64,000 bases of DNA from Octopus vulgaris. Its lineage: Eukaryota. The notes beneath the pieces were generated by a model that was not told the origin of the DNA, did no database searches, and was given only the letters and a program-made list of their open reading frames with translations. Below, piece after piece: positions 25,605 through 38,814 of this stretch; positions within the stretch are counted from its first letter, which is position 1; every line of letters starts with the position of its first letter. The DNA is taken from contig OX597816.1 of the NCBI GenBank assembly GCA_951406725.2, positions 158,472,001 to 158,536,000 of the forward strand, given 5' to 3'. A program made the translations under genes and the position numbers.

Positions 25605-26741
25605 ACCTGAACCTACTGGATTGTGGACATGTCAAAGAGATAGCCTCTAAAAGTTTATGAGCAATTGCAGAAAAACTTTCTTCAGATTGAACCATGCCAT
25701 CTTCAAAAGGCAATATGGTTGTAGTTGGACTGCAGATTTTGATTGTTAGTATCCTCAGTTTGGCCTCATCTGTAGCTAAATAACACTTAACAGCGAAAAA
25801 GAAAGCAACATGTTTAGATTACCATATGACACTCCAAATGATAAACCATAGCATGTTTGAGGGTGTAGTAGGGTTTCTCATTAGTTAGAAGTTTTGACAG
25901 AGTTGAAGCAATTGAATTACTCAATGGTTATACCTTTTGAATAGATGAGGGTTGATGGGGGTCTCAGATATGATCCTCACTCCTCGCCACACACTGTGGC
26001 CTCTTGATGCTGCTGTACATTCCACCAGGGTCCTCACCATTTAACACTTGATGTCACTGCTCAATCTTCACCTTCGTTACCTGCAGACCATTTTTTATCC
26101 ACTTTTATAGGAGCACAAGAGTTCTGTGCCTTGGTGATGTGACCAAAATATTGCACTTTTCACTATCTTGTTTTCATTACCAACCTTCACTCTGATTCTG
26201 CCTCCTCCTCCTTCTCTTCCTCCTCGCCGTCGTCGTCGTTTAACGTCTGTTTTCCATGCTGGCATGGGTTGGACAGTTTGACTGAGGTCTGGAGAGCCAA
26301 CAGGTGCACCAGGCTCCAATCTGATCTAGCAATGTTTCTTCAGTTGGATGCCCTTTCTAACACCAGCCATTCCGAGAGTGCAGTGGGTGCTTTTTACGTG
26401 CCACCGGCACAAGATCCATCCAATAACTGATTATGGGTTGTCACTCAACAACTAACTATATCCAGAAATCTGTCCATCAGGGCCAATGTGGGGTTTAAAC
26501 CATGTACGTTTTTATTCATCAATTTTGCCTCATTCATTATAACTGAAAGTGACTCACTCTTTGTTGTCTGGGAAAGATTTTATACCATTGTGTCGTACAC
26601 CATTTTTATGGTGTCCCTCTTCGCTTGACACTCTAAGCACATGCTTATTTTGCTCAATGGTTAATTCAGCACTGATGTCACTGTCAGTGAACTCAAAACT
26701 CAGTGTTTGTCACTCTCTTCCAGGAAAATAGTGGAGGATGA

Positions 26742-27122
26742 ATTCTTTTTCTACTCAAGGCCCGGAATTTTTGGGGAGGGAGCCAGTTGATTAAATCAAC
26801 TCCAGTACGCAACCGGTACTTAATTTACCAACCCCGAAAGGCAAAGTCGACCTTGGCGGAATTTGAACTCAGAACGTAGTGGCAGACGAAATACCTATTT
26901 CTTTACTACCCACAAGGGGCTAAACACAGAGAGGACAAACAAGGACAGACAAACGGATTAAGTCGATTATATCGACTCCAGTGCGTAACTGGTACTTATT
27001 TAATCAACCCCGAAAGGATGAAAGTCAACCTTGGCGGAATTCGAACTCAGAATGTTGCGGCAGACGAAATACCGCTAAGCATTTCGCCCGGTGTGCTAAC
27101 GTTTCTACCAGCTCTCCGCCTT
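26742..27122 (-). mobile_element. Meta-domain-like tRNA SINE (family C; other copies near 7083, 12361, 13862, 16943, 22015, 29162, 34550, 45318, 60323, 62222)
   Basis: Family consensus by eye: head AAGGCGGCGAGCTGGCAGAA..GAGTTC(A/G)AATTCC and core GCCTTTCATCCTTTCGGGGTCGATAAA..AGTACCAG, repeated through the window. Confidence 0.88.
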
Positions 27123-28228
27123 AATAGTGGAGGATTAATTAACTGGGTAAAGGGAAAGACTCAGTTCAATGAACTCTTCTAGTTTTAACGATTACCAATT
27201 AATGTGGGATTTAACAAGTTTATTAAAACAGGAAGAGAAATTACATTTGGTCTTCTAAAAGTTTTGGAGTTGCACTTGTCTCGTAAGTGATGTGATCTGA
27301 GACCGTATCATGAAACTGAACGAATTAATGACGAAAGGGCCATTTTAGAGGTTATTTAGCTAATTGAAAATGACATGAAGACTGTTAAATTCACTTTCGT
27401 TAATTTCTCAAGATGTTAGTGACCTGGCTAGTTGTGCATCAAAAATTTTCACATCTCAAAATAACAATTATAAAATCAATTCAATTGTTTTTTTCGCTTT
27501 TGATGCTTTTAGATGACTAAAATAGCTCTTTTACGATGTGTTTATTTTAAAAACTCTGTTACTAATACATTAATTCTAGAGCCTTGGAGCATTTAGTTAC
27601 CTCTCTTTATATTGTGAATTCTGTCTTTCATACTTTCGAGGGCGATAAATTTAGTTCCAGCTATGTATCTCCTGGGCTCATATGATCAACCCTTCCCTCT
27701 CATAAAATGCATGGCCTGCTTATAAACGCAATATTGAAACACAAGAAACGAGAGTTACTGCCCTTTACCTTATCTTGGCAAGGTATGTTTATTGCTGTTG
27801 AGATCTCTCTAAGGAAATATGTTGAAATTATTACCTTATTGCGTTCACAATAAAAGCTCTCAGAATTCCCAAGGTATTAAATTTACACGCTTACAGACAC
27901 AATAAAGAGGTGCGTACATAACGGCAGATAAGTGAGGTATAGGTTACACGATGGATAGATGAGAGCAAGTTATTTATGAAACAGTAGGATGTATTTATAT
28001 TCTCTCGGTTTAAAACAATTTAATACTACACCGTTATTACTCAAAGTTTTATAGAGTGAAATTCCGAGGGGGAGTGGCTTCTAGATTAGATTTATCGACT
28101 AGTTATAATCTTGGCTCCATGATTATGCTTGTTTTAGTTCCGAATTAAACACGACCGAATAGCTGGAGCTATAAATATCTTTCACAGATTTTACACACAA
28201 GCACATACAAATATGTACAAGTAAAAGA

Positions 28229-28286
<58 letters not shown>

Positions 28287-28504
28287 TCTTTTACTTGTTT
28301 CAGTCATTTGATTGCGGCCATGCTGGAGCACCGCCTTTAGTTGAGCAAATCGACCCCAGGACTTATATTCTTTGGAAGCCTAGTACTTATTCTATCGGTC
28401 TCTTTTGCCGAACCGCTATGTTACGGGGACGTAGACACACCAGCATCGATTGTCAATCGATGTTGGGGGGGTCAATCGCAAACACACAAACACAAACACA
28501 TACA

Positions 28505-28562
<58 letters not shown>

Positions 28563-30839
28563 TACGACGGGCTTCTTTCAGTTTCCGTCTACCAAATCCG
28601 CTCACAAGACTTTGGTCGGCCTGAGGCTATAGTAGAAGACACTTGCCCAAGGTGCCACACAGTGGGACTGAACCTAGAACCATGTGGTTGGTAAGCAAGC
28701 TACTTACCACACAGCCACTATATATATTCTTTTACTTGTTTCAATCATTTGACTGTGGCCATGCTAGAGCACTGCCTTGAAGGGCTTTAGTCGAACAAAT
28801 CGACCCCAAAACATATTTTGAAGCCTATTACTAGTTGGACCACATGAGACATGGATCATTATCAGGTAGGCCACTGCTGAAAATATTTGAGGTAATTTTT
28901 CATTGAGGCATGCTATTCAGAAAGTCGTGTGGCCAGCATTTTATCCATGACTGCTCTACATGATACCCAGTGTGCTAGAAATAGCTATCAAATCTCCCTC
29001 AAATTACACTCTGCCAATTTAAAGGAAAAAAATGGAACATTAATGATGTAGTCCTAGATACTTTCAGAAAAATTGAATAGTTATGGCTGGGAGGCCTTTG
29101 GCCATAGGCTGATGTGGGGCTTGACAACAGCTTACAAACAGCTCTACATTTCCTTCATATATTCTTTTCTACTCTTGGCACAAGGCCTGAAAATTTTGGG
29201 GAGGGGGCCAGTCAATTAGATCGACCCCAGTATGCAACTGATACTTAATTTATCAACCCCAAAAGGAAGAAAGACAAAGTCAACCTCTGCAGAATTTGAA
29301 CTCAGAACATAAAGACAGACGAAATACTTATTTCTTTACTACCCACAAGGGGCTAAACACAGAGGGGACAAACAAGGACAGTCAAATAGATTAAGTCGAT
29401 TAGATTGACCCCAGTGTGTAACTGGTACTTAATTTATCAACCCCGAAAGGGTGAAAGGCAAAGTCGACCTCAGTGGAATTTGAAATCAGAACATAAAGAC
29501 AGACGAAATACTGCTAAGCATTTCGCCCAGAATGCTAGCGCTTCTTCCAGCTCACCGCTTTTTCCTTCATTTCCTTCAGATATTACAAGATGGTGTTGCA
29601 TTCTGGACTCTGCTAGCTTTACATAAAAAGGAAAAAAAATACATTCATTTTTAAAATAGGCATAAGACTTGAAACTTGTGGGAAGGGTAGAATCAACTTG
29701 ATTGGTTCTTTAAAATCAAGTTTGCAAAGATGAAAGTGAGGTTGATCTCAATGGAACTTGAACTCAGAATGTAAAAGTCTGTAACTGCATACAATACTGT
29801 AAGGAATTTAAACCAATGCTCTAACCAGCAAATATGGAGTGATTAACTTCTAGTATCCATGGTCTCCCATACCAGGTACCACAATCTCAAATATACCAAC
29901 TTTAAGCCTTATCACCCATTCTCTTTTCATTGGTAGTTGTGTTCATTCTTTGCTGAGGTCAATATAATTACTTCTAGACATTCCCAGGCATAACAGGATG
30001 CTAACTTTGATTAACCCAAGTGGCAATCAGCTCAAGGTTTTCCACACAAATTGTCTGTAAGGAAAGTTTCTTTATTCAGACAGTTTCTACAGTGAAGGTG
30101 TTGTCACATTCTCCTCATCATCATCATCATTTAATGTTCACTTTCCATGCTGCCATGGGTTGGACAGTTTGACTGAAAACTGGTAAGCCGGAGAGTTGCA
30201 CCAGGTTCCAATTGATTTGGCATGGTTTCTATGGCTGGATGCCATTCCTAATACCAACCACTCCAAGAATGTAGTGGGTGCATTTTTCGTGCCACCAGCA
30301 TGGGTGCCACTGGTGTGACACCGGCGTCAGCCATGACTATGATCTCACTTGGCTTGACGGGTCTTCATAAGTAGGGTATATCATCAAAGGTCTTGGTCAT
30401 CTTTATGTTAAATATAATTGGTCACACTTATATTTTATTCAATGCTGCTTCATCTGCTTCTCTTTAATTAATTCCAGCTTGACTAAGCTTTGCATATATC
30501 AGCATATTTACTATAAGCTATTTAATTATAAGAATGATTGTTCTTAGTGGGCTATGAATGAAGCATTTGGTGTCTGGAGCTGATGAAGTATAATGATCTG
30601 GAAACATGTGTTCTACAATCACCAACCCTCATCTCTTTCCAAGTAAGGTAATATTTTCCTGTAGCCAGTCATTTTCTCACAGAAAACATTGGATATGAAT
30701 GATGCCACATAGCTACCATGCAATGCCACACAAGAAGATACAAACAAACACATATTCACGCCACCCACGCACACACACACATATATATATTCTTTTCTGC
30801 CCATTTTTTCAAATATTCTCATCACACTGTTGTACTTCT

Positions 30840-31017
30840 TTATGTCCTTAACATGTCACTGTTACCAAAGACTGTATATATACATGTAATGTGACAATTA
30901 TGTAAAAAACTTTTTGAATTCATAATATTCTATGTTACTTTTGACAATCTTTTTCCAAAGAGTGAAACCGGTTAAGTAAATAAACATCTTTTAAATTGCA
31001 TTTTCAAACCTTCTTTC

Positions 31018-31018
<1 letters not shown>
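30840..31018. mobile_element. Solo terminus of the 940-2672 foldback family
   Basis: Same terminal ...CATTTTCAAACCTTCTTTCG followed by (TA)n. Confidence 0.85.
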
Positions 31019-31061
<43 letters not shown>

Positions 31062-31718
31062 GTAACAAATATTTGGCCATATGTGTGCTTTTGCGTATAT
31101 AGACGTGTGTATGAACCTTTATGCTGCGTGTGTGTGTGTGTGTGTGGGTTTGTATGTATATACATATGCATTTGGCGAATAGTGAGAGTGAGGATGTGTA
31201 CGTTTTCAAGTGAGGGTGGATGAATGTATACCTTTAGGTGCACGCACGTGGGTGTGTGGGTGCACATGTGTAGGTATGAACAGACGCGCTTACGTGGATA
31301 TTATGAACTATTTAACCCCTTACTTTTACTCCATCCCCTTAGCGTTCATTCAAATAGCTCTTTTGTCTTAATAACAGTCAATCACACAGTAATTTCCCTT
31401 TGTATAACAGTCATTTTCCATAGCATTTTTCTGATGGCCAGATAACTGAAGAGATGGTGGCATGGATTTCCACCTCGGCATTCGAAACTCGGAGTTTTAT
31501 CATGGCTATCAAATAATTATCATATGTTACATTTACAGACAAATTCATCTATTTACATTTGTCTCTTTCTTTCTTTTGTTGTCTTACCATTTTTATCAAT
31601 ATATATATATATTTATATAGATATATATATAGGTAATGAAAAATTTTAGAGGTGAACACTTTTCAAGAAACAACAGTGTAGGACTCAATTTATTATTGAG
31701 TGATTAGATTAAAGTATT

Positions 31719-32448
31719 AATTTGAAGGAGACAAGTTCCAAGGTCAATAATACTCCTCATCTAAGCCGACACATATCTAAACACAGAAGGCATATATAAA
31801 CTATTATAAGCATGCGAAAACATAACATATAAAAACATATATATAAATATAATAGTGTAATTCTGTGCCCAAATCAAAGTTGGATAAGTTATTGCATAAA
31901 TACATACAGATAAATTAAGAAGTCCAAGCTGATGAGATTATAGTTTGCAAAAATTCAAAAGAGAAGTCCTCAAATGAATCCAATAAATAGAAAGAGTCTT
32001 ACGGCCGTTTATGGGAAAGTGCGAAAAAGTGTGTAGGTAAGACCTTTTCAACTTCGGTAATCCACATTATGATTTTGTTTAAAAATTCCAAATCCATATA
32101 TATTCTCTGATGAAGGAAATGTGGATTACTAAAGTTCAAAAGGTCTTACAAACTTTGCACATTCCCATAAGACTATTTATATTTATTAGATTCATTTGAG
32201 GACTTCTCTTTTGGATTATTGTGAACTGTTATCTTATCAGTTTGGACTTCTTAATTTATCAATATATTTATGCAATTACTTATCCAACTTGGATTTGGGC
32301 ACAGAATTACACTATTATGTGTATATATATGTTTTTGTATGTTATGTGTTTGCATGCTTCTAATGGCTTATATATGCCCTCTATGTTTAGATGTGTGTCG
32401 GCTTTGATGGGGAATACTATTGACCTTGGAATATGTCTCTTTCAAATT
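31719..32448. mobile_element. Inverted pair of Penelope-like pseudo-LTRs with hammerhead remnants
   Basis: 31719-32068 and 32118-32448 are diverged reverse complements; CTGATGA at 32107; minus-strand AAACGGCCGTA at 32000-32010. Confidence 0.65.
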
Positions 32449-32508
32449 ATATATATATATGTATGTATGTATGTGTGTATGTATGGATGGATGTAGGTAT
32501 GTATGTAC

Positions 32509-32673
32509 CAGTAGTTCCCAATCTGTGGTCCCTGGACCCCTGGTGGTCCACAAAGGTAGTACTGGGGGTCTGTGAACAGGATAAGCTGAGAAACCTTTCT
32601 ATATCCTGGGGTTCATGGGAAACCTCATTTCAATAAAAGGAATCCTTAGTAGTGAAAAGGTTAGGAATCACTG
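32509..32673. mobile_element. hAT-type MITE
   Basis: TIRs CAGTAGTTCCCAATCT / AGGTTAGGAATCACTG. Confidence 0.7.
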
Positions 32674-32931
32674 ATATATATATATATATATTAATCGGTG
32701 TGCATTCAAAGCAATGATTAGTAACTTAGGAAACCGGTATGCTTGAATCTCTTTAATGTCACAATAATGACTTTTATTCCTACCGCAGTTCATCTAATTG
32801 TAAATATCTTTCATTACTTTGCATAAAAAGCCTTTACTTTTTTTGATTTACAATGTGCATTTTCAACTATTTTTCTTACTTTCCCCTTACATTACCACGT
32901 GTAGTTTCTATTTTCTTTTGTAACATATTTC

Positions 32932-32983
<52 letters not shown>

Positions 32984-33472
32984 CAGGCTTCATTCTATTT
33001 CTTTCATCTTATCAAATACATTAAGCCACAGGCTACCATATAGAAGGTACCATGTACCAAGGTACCATGTAGAAGGACTGAACCTAGAATCATGTAACTG
33101 AGAAATAAAATAAATCTCTTAACCACACAGCCACACCTGTGCTTATGTCATACCTGTGTCTAAATAAAACTGGAAACACTGAACAGAACAACATCAACAT
33201 CAACAACACACATCATTCATTTATCACGGCAGCTTAGCATGGATTTCTAGTAATTCCTCTTAGAATTTAAAAAAACTACAAAATATTCACAAATGCAATA
33301 AAGTATGCAGTTGCTTATTATATTGCATAAATGCAAATTGCACCCACTGCACATTCGAAGACCACCTGCAGATGAACTGACGAGCGAGCTTCCACGTCAT
33401 AGCTGAACCTCTTAAAAATAGCAGCCAAATCACATACTGTGCTGTAATCAGGACTGATATACAGCTGAACAT

Positions 33473-33559
33473 GAAGAAGAAGAAGAAGAAGAAGAAGAAG
33501 GAGGAGGAGAAGAAGAAGAACAAGAACAAGAACAAGAGCAGCAGCAGCAGCAGCAGCAG

Positions 33560-33648
<89 letters not shown>

Positions 33649-33660
33649 ATCATCATCATC

Positions 33661-33716
<56 letters not shown>

Positions 33717-33790
33717 ACAACAACAACAACAACAACAACAACAGCAACAGCAACAGCAGCAGCAGCAGCAGCAGCAGCAACCGTAACAAC
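33473..33790. repeat. Compound trinucleotide array (GAA)(GCA)(TCA)(ACA)(GCA)
   Basis: Directly visible. Confidence 0.97.
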
Positions 33791-34291
33791 CTGCAAAGTG
33801 AAACACCTACACTTTCATTTTAAATGTCAAGAGAATGGTTCAGAACAAAACCGCAATGTTTTGATTCCTACAGCTGTTTAAGCATAAACGCCCACATAAA
33901 TAGACACTATTTCACTCACCTGATTCTGATTGAAGGTTGGGGTAGGTACTGGGGGTTAGCAAAAAGCAACAGCAAAAAAAAAATAAATAAATAAATGAGA
34001 GGTAAACAAAATGTGGAACCAAAGAGTTCCTCAAAACTCAAATTGTCTGATAGATTTCCCTATTCTTTTATTTGTTTCAGTCATTTGACTGCAGCCATGC
34101 TGGAGCACCGTCTTTAGTTGAACAAATCAACCCCAAGACTTATTCTTTGTAAACCAAGTATTTATTTTATCAGTCTGTTTTGCTGAACTGCTAAGTTACA
34201 GGGACATAAACACACCAACATCAGTTGTCAAGTGATGGTGAGGGGACAAACACAGACACACAAACATATACATACACATATATACATACAT

Positions 34292-34345
<54 letters not shown>

Positions 34346-35184
34346 CGGGCTTGTTTCAGTTTCCGTCTATCAAATCCACTCACAAGGCTTTGGTCAGCCT
34401 GAGGCTATAGTAGAAGACACTTGCCCAAGGTGCCATACAGTGGGATGAGAACCTAGAACCATGTGGTTGGTAAGTAAGCTACCTACCACACAGTTCTGTA
34501 GGAAAGGGTAGCATTTCTGAATGTCTGATTTTTAGAAAATTCTGTATAATATTCTTTTCTACCCTAGGCACAAGGCCCGAAATGTTTGGGAAGAGGGCCA
34601 GTCGATTAGATCAGCCCCAGTACAAATTAGTACTTAATCTATCGACCCCAAAAGGATCTAAAGCAAAGTTGACCATGGCAGAATTTGAACTCAGAGCGTA
34701 AAGACAGACAAAATACTGATAAGCATTTTGCCTGACATGCTTAACGTTTCTACCAGCTCACCTCCTTTCTGAAGCCAAATTTCTGCCAGTTTTTTATCAC
34801 ATGCAGATACTATTTCTTGTACTTCAAGGCAAAGAACTCCTTCACTGCAGTTTCCATGTCTTCTTGGTTGATGAAGTATCATGAGCGCAGGAAGTGAACC
34901 ATGGATCAGAACAAGTAATAATCCAAGGATCTTAATCGACCTTTGTTCTTATTTTTCTTTAAGCTGGGTCCTTGTTCTGTCAGTTTCATTTTCTGAACCA
35001 CTAAATTACAAGGATGTAAACAAACCAACACTAGTTGTCAAGTGGTGATGGGGACAAAAAACATAAAAGCACAGCATGGCCACAGTCTAATGCCTGAAGG
35101 AAGTAAATATCTTATAATAATTTTGCTCATTCGAATGTTACTTAATCCATCCATAATGCTTTCACATAATTAGTTGAAGGGAAA

Positions 35185-35224
<40 letters not shown>

Positions 35225-35668
35225 GTGGGAGAAAAAAAAGCAGGAAAGACAAAAAGATGAAGAGAGAAAAAGAGGGAGAAAGAAGTGTCCATGATGTGAG
35301 GTAGAGGGAACGTAATTGTATCACTTTCACGTGATTAGTTGAAAGAAAAGAGAGAACAAGAGGGAGAAAGAAAAAAGAGAGAAAAAGAGGAAAAGGCAAA
35401 AAGTGAGACAGAAAGAGGGAGAAAGAAAAAGCGAGAGAGAGAGAAAAAGAGGAGAGAGAAGCGTCAATAAATTAAGTACCAGTTGCATACTAGGGTTGAT
35501 CTAATTGACTGGCCCCTCCCCCAAAATTTCGGGCCTTGTGCCTAGAGTAGAAAAGAATATTGTTTTTCCTTTTTTTATTTTTCTTATTGCATATCTATAA
35601 TTTCTAGTTAATGTGTTGACACTACAACAGTTCTCCTGAATAGTTTTTTTAAAAAATTAATTTTGCAG

Positions 35669-35791
35669 CCAGTTCTAGCTCTTGCAGTCATCAGTCCTGT
35701 TGCAGGATTATTAGCTTTTATGGTCTTCGGCATCACAATGTGTACTGCAGCTATACTTCACTACCATGAATCACCAGCCTGTTTACAAGTG
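35669..35791 (+). CDS. Membrane protein gene, coding exon 4 (TM helix)
   Basis: Acceptor aattttgcAG, donor GTG|GTGAGT; 123 nt, phase 0-0; PVLALAVISPVAGLLAFMVFGITMCTAAILHYHESPACLQV. Confidence 0.72.
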
Positions 35792-36527
35792 GTGAGTTAT
35801 CACTGTTTCACCTTTATTTCAGTTATTATTTAACTTTTTATAAAGCTTCTTATATTTGGTATTGAGTCATTGAGGGAGCCTCTATACAGTAACTTCAGTA
35901 CCATAGCCAGGTTCTAAAGTCAGTGGGAGTGAGCACGTAAAAAAAGACACTGTGACACATACCAAGCATTTTAAACTCATTTTGCCTATATTATTTGAAA
36001 TATTTCAATATTTATAATATACATAGTGGAGGCGTAATGGCCCAGTGGTTAGGGCAGCGGACTCGCGGTTGGAGGATCATGGTTTCGATTCCCAGACCAG
36101 GCGTTGTGTGTGTTTATTGAGTGAAAACACCTAAAGCTCAACAAGGATCTGGCAGGGGGTGGTGGTGACCCCTGTTGTACTCTTTCGCCCCAACTTTCTC
36201 TCACTCCTTCTTGTTTCTTGAGTAACGCTGTAAAGGACTGCTGTCCCGTCCAACTGGGGGGAACACATACGCCATAGAAACCGGGCCCAGGAGCTTGGCT
36301 AGGCTTGAAAAGGGTGCATAAATAAATAAATAATATACATAATTGTATTCTACATTTGTTAATTTGATGTTTCAATGTCATTATGTATGAAACTTACAAC
36401 TACTGATATTGGTGTGACATGAAAAAGATGAAGCTCCACAAAATTGGCCAGCATCAAGAGGTTATGATGTCAGGGTTCGCTTTGGTTGTTCAGATGCCAG
36501 TGGCCACCAACATGTCACTGGAGATTG

Positions 36528-36592
36528 AACATGGGAAGTTGGTCAAATAACATGGGAAGTTGGTCAAATAACATAAGAAGTTGGTCAAATAA
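36528..36592. repeat. 21-bp tandem repeat x3 (AACATGGGAAGTTGGTCAAAT)
   Basis: Directly visible. Confidence 0.9.
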
Positions 36593-37039
36593 AGAAAGTA
36601 GTAGAATCGAAGAATCTAGTGAGGGTTAAGATTAACAAATAGTAAATACAAACAGCTCAGAACTGAATAAATTAGTTTGCAGAGAGGAATAGAAGAGGCC
36701 CTAGTTGTAGGAAGGGCCCTTATATTTGATAAAGGATCCTGCCTGTAATGACTATTCCAATTTATTATGGCATTTTCAGAATTAAATATCTTACAGTTAG
36801 TTCTACCTGGTATGATCTTACCTTTGTGTCTTCTGAGCTTAGTAAAATATGTATTAACAATATGCTAAATTTGATTATATTAATAATAAATCTTCTCTAA
36901 AAATGCAATATTGTTTTCATTCAAAAATCAATATTTAAAAAAATTTTTTTAAATAAAATATAAATATTTGTAGATCATTCTCTCTTTATTTTAACACCCT
37001 TAAATATTTTTATGACGTGAATTTTTCTTCTTTTTCCAG

Positions 37040-37210
37040 CATGCCATATCTTATAACCCAGAAGCATGTGAGCAGCCACTGATCGTCTGTACATCAGATA
37101 TTGAAGATTCACAAGATTATTTGCCATCTGACATTGCTTTTGATCAATCATTTGCAAGAAGACCCACAGATTTTGATGTTCCTTTACGAAAGTATCATAA
37201 GATAAGATAG
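37040..37210 (+). CDS. Membrane protein gene, terminal coding exon
   Basis: Strong acceptor atttttcttctttttccAG; 56 open codons in phase 0 (HAISYNPEACEQPLIVCTSDIEDSQDYLPSDIAFDQSFARRPTDFDVPLRKYHKIR) then TAG. Candidate AATAAA at 38224. Confidence 0.65.
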   Translation, partial: HAISYNPEACEQPLIVCTSDIEDSQDYLPSDIAFDQSFARRPTDFDVPLRKYHKIR

Positions 37211-38440
37211 TTTTGTACCTAAAACGTAAAGAACAATTATGGAAGTGAACTGCTTTTGTTCAGTGGCAAGATGATGAATTCAACAAAATCTACACAGCTG
37301 TCAATGTTGATAGGTTATCAACTCAACAACAAACAAACATTGACTGTGGTTTTTATTCTTAGACATCTGAGTCATTTATGCTGTTTAAGGGGAAAAGCCA
37401 TGTATTTGTGTGACTGTTTGGTATACACAGATTTATCACATACACTGCTAATGTCCTTGGGAAAGGCATTAACATCACAGTTATCCACATCACACTTTCC
37501 CTGAAATATAAGGTCTTTGTGCTGAGTGAAAAAAGATATGTAAATTTATTTGTCACCAACAAACAAAACAAATACCTTGATTTTTCTTAATGAAGGTTTT
37601 CATAACTATGCATTTTGCAATTCTGTTTGCCACTAAAGTTTTGAATTAAAAAAAAGAAGTATTTTGGCTAAAACTGGTGGCAAAGAAATGGAAAAAGAAG
37701 TGAATATAGTCTTTATTGTAAAATGAAGAATTGTTAACATTCATATATTCTTCATGGAATATTTATCTCATTAGCATCACAAGAGATCACCTTATTTTAA
37801 TTTCTACTGAATTGAAATGCCAAGAGACAAAATGATTCCATAAAGTAAAATAATTAGAGAAATATGAACTCTCAGGTGTTTTGTGCTTAAAAGTGAACTA
37901 TTTCTAGTGACTGAGTAAGGGCAGGGTTTATGCTTATATTTTCTAAAATCATTTTCAACTTATTGTTTGATCTTTTCTTTTCCATTCTCTTTAGTAACTG
38001 GCTGTCATTTTGTACAGTGAAGATGGTTGTGGTTTAGAACATTATAGTAGACGCTTAAAGCTACCTCACTTGTTAGTCTTTCACCATTTTCAGATTGATA
38101 AAATAAGTAATACAGTAATAATACCAGTAATATGCTAAGAATTATTTCAATTGACAATTCATTTTCCCTGTAAATGACTGGCATTAAGCATAATCAAAAT
38201 AAATTATGTAATCTTCAACCTTTAATAAAACGTGCTGTATCTTTTCTCTGTGTCTTCTACAACTAGAGATCCAGATCTTTCAAATGTACCAAACCCACCC
38301 AAATTAGATGTTTTGCAAACCTTACACTTCACCTTAGGTTCTCTATGCAATAATATGAGTTAACATGAGTATGCATTTTGGCACAGCTATTTTAGCCCTG
38401 CCTATTTGGCATCACTGATTCAATGCTGCCTTACTTGATA

Positions 38441-38814
38441 CTAGCAGTATCGCCCGGCGTTGCTTGGGTTTGTTTCGACCCTTTAGAATTGGAATTTTTG
38501 AAAAGTAAAAATTTTGCATTATGTAGCTTGTTATTCTCTTTAAGTAAATATTTTTCTGGTTGAAATACACTGAAAAATGATGACAAAGCGGTAAAAAAAT
38601 CGTAAAAAATAGTGATTTTCATACAAAAAAGCACCTTTTTGATGTAAATAATTTTTGGTGTTAACATGGTCCGATTTGAATTTTTTCTTCTATGGAATGA
38701 AGAGCAAGCCTTCTTCTATCCTACTCTCAATTTTGGTCAACTTGGAGGAGATAGTGTTAGTTGAAGGCTACCAAACCTGCCATACACAGACAACTTCAGC
38801 TTTATATATATAGA
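38441..38814 (-). mobile_element. Non-autonomous Helitron (374 bp)
   Basis: Minus strand starts TCTATATATATAAAG and ends with hairpin CCCAAGCAACGCCGGG then CTAG; inserted between A and T with no TSD. Confidence 0.88.

Noticed and set aside
33914-33925. Isolated consensus donors (minus 33919, 41198, 52439; plus 51958)
   Set aside because: No coherent exon chain or ORF could be built; such sites are expected by chance in 64 kb.
15818-35791. Tetraspanin assignment based on ESPACL resembling ESxCL
   Set aside because: No CCG-containing loop exon was found, and helix numbering does not fit once the 11361 and 37040 exons are included.
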